The notes beneath the pieces are model-generated. The model did no database searches. It saw only the letters and a list, made by a program, of their open reading frames with translations, and had not been told where the DNA came from. Positions 1-7,757 of a stretch of DNA of 64,000 bases are shown in pieces; the first letter of the stretch is position 1, and every line of letters begins with the position of its first letter. The position numbers were made by a program, and so were the translations under genes. The DNA is from Candidatus Kapaibacterium sp. (GTDB lineage Bacteria > Bacteroidota > Ignavibacteria > Kapaibacteriales > UBA2268). Location of the stretch: positions 1,664,001-1,728,000 of the forward strand of contig OY762428.1 of assembly GCA_963665665.1 (NCBI GenBank), given 5' to 3'.

Positions 1-129
1 AATATCGAAGGCTGGGTAACCGCTGATAAAGCAGCCGTACCTGTTATTGCCGAAATTGATTTTTATATCGGAAAGATAACCGTCGAGTTAGTGAAAGCAT
101 CACGTCCGGGATGGAAAGCCCCGAGATGA
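1..129 (+). CDS. 3' end of a CDS running in from the left edge, DUF3108-like
   Basis: Frame 1 reads NIEGWVTADKAAVPVIAEIDFYIGKITVELVKASRPGWKAPR* and its TGA overlaps the next ATG (ATGA at 126-129). The sequence resembles DUF3108 C-termini from memory. Confidence 0.55.
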   Translation, partial: NIEGWVTADKAAVPVIAEIDFYIGKITVELVKASRPGWKAPR

Positions 130-1058
130 TAAACGCGGATGAAAATTTAAACCGCTGGATGATGGATTCCGATCCGGCGATTAAATGGCAGTACATGAAA
201 GATATACTTGGGCTGCCACCAAAAGAATACGAGCCTGTAAGGAAATCAGTCTCGGAAACAGGCTGGGGTAAAATGTTCCTGGATTTTCAGGATAAAAAAT
301 ATACATGGGGCGGGGATTTATACTCACCTAAATGGATTTCAACCACATATACCCTGCTGACATTGAAATATTTCGGCATTGAACCTGATGTTAACAGCAG
401 AAAAGGATGTAGCCTATTAATAGACCGAGGACTATACAGGGACGGAGGGATAAATTATTTCGGATCTATTAACTATGGAGAACAATGTGTAACAGCCATG
501 GTTGCTTCACTAATGTCTCATTTCACTCCTGACGATGACAGAATTCACGGTTTAGTGGAATTTCTATCGGCAAGGCAAATGGCTGACGGCGGATGGAACT
601 GCCAGTCACCAAAAGGTCATCAGCACAGCTCCATGCACACAACGATCAGTATTCTTGAATGTATGGCAGATTATAATAATACTTACGGCCAGCAGCAAAA
701 GCTGAATGAACAAATACTTAAAGCGGTTGAATTCGTCCTGCAGCATCGTTTATTTAAGTCTGACAAAACCGGCAATATCATTGACCAGAAATACACCCGA
801 TTTTCTTTTCCACCAAGGTGGAGATATGATATTATGAGAATGCTTGAATTTTCGGCTAAAAATAATCTCCACTATGATGAAAGATATTCAGATGCAGTTG
901 AACTGTTCCTTAATAAGAGAAATAAGGACAGAAGCTGGAATGTACAGCAAAAATATAGCGGCCGGGTATTTTTTGATATGGAGAAAACCGGAAAGCCCTC
1001 GAAGTGGAATACATTAAGAGGGATGAGGATTTTGAAATGGTTAAATGATAAAATTTAA
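126..1058 (+). CDS. Prenyltransferase/squalene-cyclase-like (alpha/alpha barrel) hypothetical protein
   Basis: ORF 111..1058, likely start at the coupled ATG 126. Contains a QW-type motif RQMADGGWNC plus LYSPKWISTTYTL and FPPRWRYD. Confidence 0.65.
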   Translation: MINADENLNRWMMDSDPAIKWQYMKDILGLPPKEYEPVRKSVSETGWGKMFLDFQDKKYTWGGDLYSPKWISTTYTLLTLKYFGIEPDVNSRKGCSLLIDRGLYRDGGINYFGSINYGEQCVTAMVASLMSHFTPDDDRIHGLVEFLSARQMADGGWNCQSPKGHQHSSMHTTISILECMADYNNTYGQQQKLNEQILKAVEFVLQHRLFKSDKTGNIIDQKYTRFSFPPRWRYDIMRMLEFSAKNNLHYDERYSDAVELFLNKRNKDRSWNVQQKYSGRVFFDMEKTGKPSKWNTLRGMRILKWLNDKI

Positions 1059-1126
1059 TTATTGATTATTTTTATACATAGCCGGATGACCCATTACACT
1101 TATTCTTTGATTTTGGATTCTTAGAT

Positions 1127-1154
1127 ATGGGCGGCCACAAGAACCGCCCCTACA
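1127..1154. repeat. REP-like palindrome (GTAG family)
   Basis: Minus strand reads TGTAGGGGCGGTTCTTGTGGCCGCCCAT, a GTAG foot followed by an imperfect hairpin, between convergent genes. Confidence 0.55.
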
Positions 1155-1226
1155 GATAATTTCAGACATCCAGAATCCACATAATTTTTGAAGTCTCAGT
1201 TTTGAAAATTCCAATTCAGTTTCCGC

Positions 1227-1262
1227 ACCTCCCATACCCTCCCCAAAGGGTAGGGGTTGGGG
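1227..1262. repeat. Short dispersed GC-rich repeat (CCTCCCAxACCCTCCCC family)
   Basis: Matches the reverse complement of the element at 35262-35297; a related remnant lies at ~63003-63055. Confidence 0.55.
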
Positions 1263-1321
1263 AATGTCAGGCATGATAATATTTTATAGTTCAGATTTAT
1301 TGATGTGGTAAAAGTTGATAT

Positions 1322-3619
1322 TTATCTGAAAACTACAAACCTGCGCGTTATGATTCCTGAATCTGTTTTGACCTTCAAATAGTATATCCCGTTTGGAAAA
1401 CTATCCGTTTGAATTCTGTTTCCTTTCAATAGCCTAATATCTTTTATTTCAAATCGTGTATTACCATAAATATCAAATATTAAAATTTCTTTTCCTGAAA
1501 AATTGTCTGAATAGGATAAATTTATAAAATTATTTGTCGGATTGGGGCAAATGGTCAGATCATTTTTATTTTTATTTTCATCAACAGATATTATCAGCCT
1601 GAAAGTGTCTGCTTCTGAAAAGCAGCCGTTATCACCAAGCACTTTTACGGAATAATCTCCACCATAGTGCACGTAAATGGTGTCGCCGTGGTCGTTGTTT
1701 ATATATTCGCCGTTGAAGTACCAATAGTTGTTCTCAGGCGACGATGATATCAGCGCCTGCAATGTTTCCGCCTTGCTGATTGTAGCCTTTTCCGGACGTG
1801 GCAGAACCTGCTTAACTATTGTGTCCCTGCTGATTTTATTAATTCGTGTTATATTCTGCAAAAATTCAATTCTTGCAGGGCCTGCTTCTTTCCATTTGAT
1901 TTCCACAAACGATTCATTGGAAGAGCCGTTTATCGAGCAATTTTCCAAAGCTGTCCATTTAAAATTTCTATACTCTCCTTCAGCCTGGTAGCTGTCTGTT
2001 TCTTTTTCACAAACGTTTCCCGGACCATTGTAAGCAATATCAGTACTTAAAACATTAAAAGTAACAACTTCGATTGCTGTTGTGGATTCCGATGAATTAT
2101 ATACAAAATTCACATGATAGCTTCCCGGTAGTGCGTCTTCCGGAACGGCGAATATATACTTTCCTTTTCCCCGGTCGTCTGTGAATACAGTATCAACTAC
2201 TCCGGATAGGTTGTACTTACAAACTATCTTTTTACCATGCAATGGAAATCCAATGGAATTTTCCGTGGCCAATTCAAATTCTATTGTTTCACCCGGAAAG
2301 TAGTCATTCGTATCCTTATCAGTTATCAGACAAGCGAAAATATTTTTTACATTTGCAGTGATATTATCAATTATCATCTGCATAATTTTTTCATTGTTTG
2401 CCAGATGACGAAAATCAACAGCGAAATATATCGAATGATACCCCTTTATATAATTTGTTAAAACAGCTATACTATCCGTATTATTAAAATTTTTATAGTA
2501 CATGAATTCATTAACAAAGCCTGTCATTTCCGGGGCAGGTTGAATTAAGCCGCAATGTGGAGCATTGTCTCCGGGAAATTGTGTGGATTTAATTGGAATA
2601 ATATATTTATTGTCCATTGAAATTATTGAATTCCCGTCATTATTAATATTCTCGCCTGATGGATTTCCGGGTGGATTGTTCCTGGCACCAATAAAGTCCA
2701 TAAACCCTCCGTCATAATCCGGTACATTACCGGTGTGAAACCTTGCAATTTCCTGGCTGAATATTACAACCGAAAGCCTGTCATCCCAGCTGCCATTATA
2801 ACCAAACATAGCAATATTATATCGCTCATGTTTGCTTACTGGTTTATCGTCCCCGTCTATCCAGAAAATAGCTTTATATTTTGAATAGTCTACATTCTGC
2901 GGCTCCCATGAATTTCTGTCAAAATAATCGAATAAGGGCTTATTTACTCTGTTTTCAATGTCAGAACACAGCGTATGAAGGGAATCGAAATTAAGTTTTC
3001 CCGCAATAATATCTTTCGGGCTGTTTTTACCAATATCCTGCCATGTATTTTCTGCCGAAACAAGCGCAATTCCTTTTTTCAGATAAAGCCTGAAAATCAG
3101 TTCCCCGTAATTATTAGTCGTATCTTTATCCGGAGACAATTTGATGACAACCTTATATCGCGGAGTTACATTTTTTGCCATAAATTTGAATCTGTCAGGT
3201 ATATGATAATTTGCTCCCTGAGCATTTAACTCAAGATATGATTGAGGGTGAAAGGATCTTTCATCATAATCATAAGGGTCCATATTTATAAATATCCTCT
3301 GGACATAGGCAGTTAAACAGGCATCTATTTGTTCATTAAAAACCTCTGTGGTAAAAATTCCATATTCATCTTCACGATAAATTTTCATTTTACCAATATT
3401 TTCATATACCGTATTTCCGTTATTGTTTAAAACAAATGTAAAATAAAGATTCGAAGCATCCATTATATACATTGCATCTGAAAATTCTCCTTCTTCAGAT
3501 TGGTGCACGCCGGGGGATTTAAAATATGCGAATTCAACATCATATCTTGGTTGGGCCTCTGATTCCTTCAGCACAAAGAATGATAATAAAGCAAAAGATA
3601 ATAGTAATAATCTTCTCAT
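1322..3619 (-). CDS. Secreted protein with T9SS type A C-terminal sorting domain
   Basis: Signal peptide MRRLLLLSFALL and C-terminus ICPNPTNN...GIYYLKVKT...RRFVVFR. Confidence 0.85.
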   Translation of the reverse strand: MRRLLLLSFALLSFFVLKESEAQPRYDVEFAYFKSPGVHQSEEGEFSDAMYIMDASNLYFTFVLNNNGNTVYENIGKMKIYREDEYGIFTTEVFNEQIDACLTAYVQRIFINMDPYDYDERSFHPQSYLELNAQGANYHIPDRFKFMAKNVTPRYKVVIKLSPDKDTTNNYGELIFRLYLKKGIALVSAENTWQDIGKNSPKDIIAGKLNFDSLHTLCSDIENRVNKPLFDYFDRNSWEPQNVDYSKYKAIFWIDGDDKPVSKHERYNIAMFGYNGSWDDRLSVVIFSQEIARFHTGNVPDYDGGFMDFIGARNNPPGNPSGENINNDGNSIISMDNKYIIPIKSTQFPGDNAPHCGLIQPAPEMTGFVNEFMYYKNFNNTDSIAVLTNYIKGYHSIYFAVDFRHLANNEKIMQMIIDNITANVKNIFACLITDKDTNDYFPGETIEFELATENSIGFPLHGKKIVCKYNLSGVVDTVFTDDRGKGKYIFAVPEDALPGSYHVNFVYNSSESTTAIEVVTFNVLSTDIAYNGPGNVCEKETDSYQAEGEYRNFKWTALENCSINGSSNESFVEIKWKEAGPARIEFLQNITRINKISRDTIVKQVLPRPEKATISKAETLQALISSSPENNYWYFNGEYINNDHGDTIYVHYGGDYSVKVLGDNGCFSEADTFRLIISVDENKNKNDLTICPNPTNNFINLSYSDNFSGKEILIFDIYGNTRFEIKDIRLLKGNRIQTDSFPNGIYYLKVKTDSGIITRRFVVFR

Positions 3620-3886
3620 GATTTCACCGGAATAATTGTTTTTTGTTTATTATCTTAACCCATGAAACTTAAAAAAGACGCAAAATATTTTTCCTCACAA
3701 TAGATTATTTCAGAATTATCCTTGCAGTTAATAATTAATAGCAACACTATGGTTACATAGTCATTTTCAATTTTATTATAATTCTTTCTCTAAATTTCTT
3801 AATTTTGTTTTCTGTTATGGTAACGATTGGAAAATAGAGATTTTAGAAGAAATGAATTTGATTATTTAACTGAATTTGGGGAAATT

Positions 3887-5203
3887 ATGGAACACGAGTT
3901 TGAAGTACCAATTTATTCATTGATCCCGTTTGTTTTAATGTTGGGGGCAATAGCCGTATTGCCGCTGGCAGCTCATAACTTCTGGGAAAAGAACAGGAAT
4001 AAGCTGTTTATAGCGCTCGGGCTTGGGATACCAACAGCGGCATGGCTGCTTGCCAATGGTATGCTTCACGAACTGGAACACGCCGTGATATTTGATTATG
4101 TACCTTTCATCCTGATGCTGGGAGCTTTGTTCATTATCACCGGTGGTATAAACATTAGTGGTAATATCGAGGCAAAGCCAAAAACCAATGTGATTATAAT
4201 TGCAATTGGGTCGGTTCTGGCATCACTTATGGGGACTACCGGAGCGGCAATGCTTTTGATACGCCCGCTGATAAATACAAATAAGGAAAGAAAGTACAAA
4301 GTTCATACTATTCTCTTCTTTATTGCCACAGTGGCAAACTGCGGCGGTCTTCTTACCCCTCTTGGCGACCCGCCCCTGTTCATGATGTACCTGCGCGGAG
4401 CACCGTTTACATGGTTCTCCAACCTTGTTGTTGAATGGGCATTTGTAAATATCGCACTTATAGTAATATACTTCTTCGTGGATTCCTATTTCTACAAAAA
4501 AGAAGATCCTGAAGACGTTAAAATTGACCATGACAATAAAGAACCTATCAGAATTACAGGCAGCCTGAACTTTGTATGGCTTCTCGGTGTTGTTCTTGCC
4601 GTAGCCTTTATCAATCCAAATACAATTTCCTGGATTAAAGCCGGTACAATTAGCGCTTTCACCCGCGAGGCAGTTTTTGTATTGATGGCCGTTCTTTCGT
4701 TAAAACTTACAAAGCAGAAAGTCAGGCTTGCAAATCAATTTTCCTGGGAACCTATCGAGGAAGTGGCATACCTGTTTATCGGTATTTTCATTACAATGGT
4801 TCCCTGCCTGTCATATCTCGAGGCAAACGCGCACCAGCTTGGAGTTGACGCTCCCAACCTGATTTACTATGCAACCGGCGCTTTGAGCGGATTCCTGGAT
4901 AATACCCCGACAGCCGTTACATTCTATTCTCTTACTGTCGGGCTTACACAGCAAAACCCTGCAATGCTGGACGGAGTTACAGCTATTGCCGGAATTCCTG
5001 AATCATTTATGATAGCAATTTCCGTAGCTTCAGTATTCTTCGGTTCAATGACTTATATTGGCAACGGCCCGAACTTTATGGTTAAAGCTATTGCCGAAAG
5101 CCAGGGAATTAAGATGCCTGATTTCTTCTCATACATGATTAAATTCTCGCTGATAGTATTACTCCCGTTGTTCATACTGTCTCAGATATTGTTTATTCAT
5201 TAG
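3887..5203 (+). CDS. Putative Na+/H+ antiporter (IT superfamily, NhaD/CitMHS-like)
   Basis: Highly hydrophobic with motifs GTTGAAMLLIRP, ANCGGLLTPLGDPPL, LDNTPT and TYIGNGPNFMVK. The ATG at 3887 is preferred over the upstream TTG. Confidence 0.85.
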   Translation: MEHEFEVPIYSLIPFVLMLGAIAVLPLAAHNFWEKNRNKLFIALGLGIPTAAWLLANGMLHELEHAVIFDYVPFILMLGALFIITGGINISGNIEAKPKTNVIIIAIGSVLASLMGTTGAAMLLIRPLINTNKERKYKVHTILFFIATVANCGGLLTPLGDPPLFMMYLRGAPFTWFSNLVVEWAFVNIALIVIYFFVDSYFYKKEDPEDVKIDHDNKEPIRITGSLNFVWLLGVVLAVAFINPNTISWIKAGTISAFTREAVFVLMAVLSLKLTKQKVRLANQFSWEPIEEVAYLFIGIFITMVPCLSYLEANAHQLGVDAPNLIYYATGALSGFLDNTPTAVTFYSLTVGLTQQNPAMLDGVTAIAGIPESFMIAISVASVFFGSMTYIGNGPNFMVKAIAESQGIKMPDFFSYMIKFSLIVLLPLFILSQILFIH

Positions 5204-5224
5204 AAGATAATTTACATAATTTTA

Positions 5225-5258
5225 AAAAAGCTCCGGAATATTGCTTCCGGAGCTTTTT
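5225..5258. terminator. Bidirectional intrinsic terminator
   Basis: AAAAAAGCTCCGGAA-tattgc-TTCCGGAGCTTTTT between convergent genes. Confidence 0.85.
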
Positions 5259-5277
5259 ATTATAATATTTGAAACGA

Positions 5278-6117
5278 TCAAATTGTGTTTCCAAAGAATT
5301 TGTCTAGTATGTCAAGGGTAATATTTATCCTGGCAGCCATAACTTCGGGTGTAAAATCTCCTTCGAATCTGATGTTATTCGCAAAATAATATACATTAGA
5401 GCCTTTTTCCACCCAACCAACAAACCACCCGACTTTGTCGAATGTTGACAGCCCTGATTTGGCCCTGATTTTCATTCCATTTTCATCTGAAAAAAGCATT
5501 ATTTCCTTGACGGTTTCAAGATTCTTTTTTTTGAAATCAAGATTATTATGATACAGTTTTTTCAGGAAATCAATTTGTTCCCTTTGTGATATTCTTATCT
5601 TTCCGTTCAGCCAGAATTCGTCAACGGGGCCTGAAATATCATTATTTCCGTAATTTACTTTTTCGATATATTCCTGCATTCTGTCATGCCCAATGCGCCT
5701 TGCAATTTCCTTGTAGAACCAGACAACGGAATTTCTATAGGCGCTTTGCAAATTATGATCCTGATCCCAGACTTTCAGCCAGCGCTTCTGCCCGTCCCAT
5801 TTTATTAGTTCGTCCTTGCTTTCAACAGCGCCGCTTTCCAGGGCAAAAATAGAATTCGGAATTTTGAATGACGATGCCGGGCAGAATCTTTTTCCGGTAC
5901 GCTCCTTATTGAAAAAATGATAACTATCTTCTTTTTCATCAAGCAACAGGAATGATCCGCTATAGCCGTGTTTCCCGAAAACGCTGTCGGCATAAGTGAT
6001 TTCTATCCATTCAGGATCAGATTTAATCTGATCAGCCTGTAATTCTTCGTTCGTGTTTTCCTTGCCGCCACAGGCAACAAAGATCAATACTGCTGTAATT
6101 ACAAAAATAATTTTCAT
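5278..6117 (-). CDS. Class D (OXA-family) beta-lactamase / penicillin-binding domain lipoprotein
   Basis: Motifs PASSFKIPN (SxxK), SVVW (SxV), YGN, FWLNG..IS..EQ and KSG; lipobox-like IFVAC. Confidence 0.85.
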   Translation of the reverse strand: MKIIFVITAVLIFVACGGKENTNEELQADQIKSDPEWIEITYADSVFGKHGYSGSFLLLDEKEDSYHFFNKERTGKRFCPASSFKIPNSIFALESGAVESKDELIKWDGQKRWLKVWDQDHNLQSAYRNSVVWFYKEIARRIGHDRMQEYIEKVNYGNNDISGPVDEFWLNGKIRISQREQIDFLKKLYHNNLDFKKKNLETVKEIMLFSDENGMKIRAKSGLSTFDKVGWFVGWVEKGSNVYYFANNIRFEGDFTPEVMAARINITLDILDKFFGNTI

Positions 6118-6129
6118 CAAAGTATCCTT

Positions 6130-6516
6130 TTATTTAATTATTGGTTTTCTTTTCCCAAAATACAGAAGATGTGCCGGGCAAACAGAACAATCCGATGAGC
6201 CAAAACCTTTTACCGGGACTGAAACCCCTGGTTCAATCAGCAGCATGGCATTCAACTCGCATTCGTTCTTTTCATCAGACGGATAGTATAATGTTTCTTC
6301 AATTTCAGTACAACTGTCATTCAGAAAATAATCAATATGCCATCTCAAAGTTTTTTCTTTTCTATTATGCCTGTCAACTCTTTTTTGTAAGTTATTCATG
6401 GCACTTCCGGTATAAACATACCATCCCTTTTTGAAAAAATATTTACCCAGGGCGCCTATTTCAATTTCTCTGTCCGTGGATAAATAAATAATAAGCCTGT
6501 ATGCTCCTTTGTTCAC
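6130..6516 (-). CDS. GIY-YIG nuclease family protein (DUF123/Uri-like)
   Basis: GAYRL, YVYTGSA, RVDRH, WHIDY and GFGSSDCSVCPAHL motifs. Confidence 0.85.
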   Translation of the reverse strand: MNKGAYRLIIYLSTDREIEIGALGKYFFKKGWYVYTGSAMNNLQKRVDRHNRKEKTLRWHIDYFLNDSCTEIEETLYYPSDEKNECELNAMLLIEPGVSVPVKGFGSSDCSVCPAHLLYFGKRKPIIK

Positions 6517-7298
6517 TTTTTTTTCCTCGCGTTTTTATCCCAGTTTTTTAAAGCAGGTTCAAATATCCATGACGGAATTATCTTAACAAGTCCGGTAAGA
6601 AGAGCCATTTGTTTCGGGAAGGCAATTATTCTTTTTTTCTTTCGAATCCCGTCCATAATTATCTTTGCAGCTTTTTCCGGCTGCATCAAAAATGGCATTT
6701 CAAAGTCATTCTGGTCTGTCATATCGGTTTTCACAAATCCGGGCCTGACTGTAAGAACATCTACATTATATCTTTTCATCTCAATACGGGCAGATTCCAG
6801 CAACATGCTTAGCGCTGATTTACTGGAACTGTACGATGCGGAACCCGGGAAGCCGCGCACATCAGCCATAGAACTGATTCCTGCTATAATTCCGCTTCCG
6901 TTTTCTTTCATTCCCGGAATTAGAAATTCAAGTGCGTGTGCTATACCAAAAACGTTCACTTCGAAAATCTTTTGCAGATTGTTACTGTCAAACTCAGCAA
7001 TTTTCTCCGATCCGCCTATTCCTGCATTCAATATAGCTATATCAATTTTACTTAGAAAAGCAAGCGCCTGGTTTATACTCTCCATTACCGAATTTTTATC
7101 GCTTACATCACAAAATGAATATGATGATTTGACACCAAATTTTTCACTAATCTCTCTGCTAAGATCTGTCAGCTTTTGATTATCTCTTGCTGCGATAAAT
7201 ACATTTGCTCCGTTTACTGCTGATTCAATGGCTAAAGCCCTGCCAATTCCCCTTGACCCTCCGCTTATATAAATATTTTTGCCTTTAATTTCTAACAT
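6513..7298 (-). CDS. Short-chain dehydrogenase/reductase
   Basis: SGGSRGIG, LNAG, YSSSK (YxxxK) and PGFVKT motifs; likely start MLEIKGK. Confidence 0.9.
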   Translation of the reverse strand: MLEIKGKNIYISGGSRGIGRALAIESAVNGANVFIAARDNQKLTDLSREISEKFGVKSSYSFCDVSDKNSVMESINQALAFLSKIDIAILNAGIGGSEKIAEFDSNNLQKIFEVNVFGIAHALEFLIPGMKENGSGIIAGISSMADVRGFPGSASYSSSKSALSMLLESARIEMKRYNVDVLTVRPGFVKTDMTDQNDFEMPFLMQPEKAAKIIMDGIRKKKRIIAFPKQMALLTGLVKIIPSWIFEPALKNWDKNARKKK

Positions 7299-7412
7299 TA
7301 TGTCACAGCCCTTTTTCATAATAACAGATGGAACAAATATATCAAAAATCATGCTGAAAATTCAGAAATCCGACTCCTCGTAATTTTAAGTAGCAGTTTT
7401 AGATTAATCCAA

Positions 7413-7554
7413 TTCAGTTCCCGTCCCATTCCAAACACAAGCAGTGTGCAACCATCGTAAGGGGACCACTCCTCCACGAATGCGAGTGCGTTGAAGAAAG
7501 AACAAGGTGGTAATAGGTTCAAATATCGGTGCATTGCTCCCAATAAGGTCTGAA
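7413..7554 (-). ncRNA. Candidate 6S-like RNA (long imperfect hairpin with internal bubbles)
   Basis: Minus strand folds end to end by eye: TTCAG/CTGAA, CTTATT/AATGGG, AACC/GGTT, ACCAC/GTGGT, CTTCAACG/CGTGGAGG. It contains CCGATATTTGAACC, reminiscent of 6S RNAs, and is a GC-rich patch in an AT-rich intergenic region. Confidence 0.4.
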
Positions 7555-7683
7555 AAAAGCAAATTTTTGCTTCAAAATGCTCAGGCTATACTTCAATATA
7601 TCCCGACATGATAAGTTAAAATTATACAAACAGCTTAGTTTGCATAAACATAAGTTTTTTATGATAGACAGCCCTACAAATAA

Positions 7684-7724
7684 AATTACTCATCCGGCGG
7701 TTTAAAGCCACCGGATGAGTAATT
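7684..7724. repeat. REP-like palindrome (TACTCATCCG...CGGATGAG family), may act as terminator
   Basis: AATTACTCATCCGG-cggtttaaagcca-CCGGATGAGTAATT; same arms as the palindromes at 32505 and 34809. Confidence 0.7.
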
Positions 7725-7757
7725 ATTGTAAAAGAATTAGAAAATGAGAAAGTATAC

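Noticed and set aside
1059-1274. 71-aa ORF between convergent genes
   Set aside because: It is composed largely of two dispersed repeat elements (PLPFGEGMGG, CRGGSCGRP).
7349-7543. 64-aa ORF upstream of the SDR gene
   Set aside because: No recognisable motif or RBS, and it coincides with a region better explained as a structured RNA.
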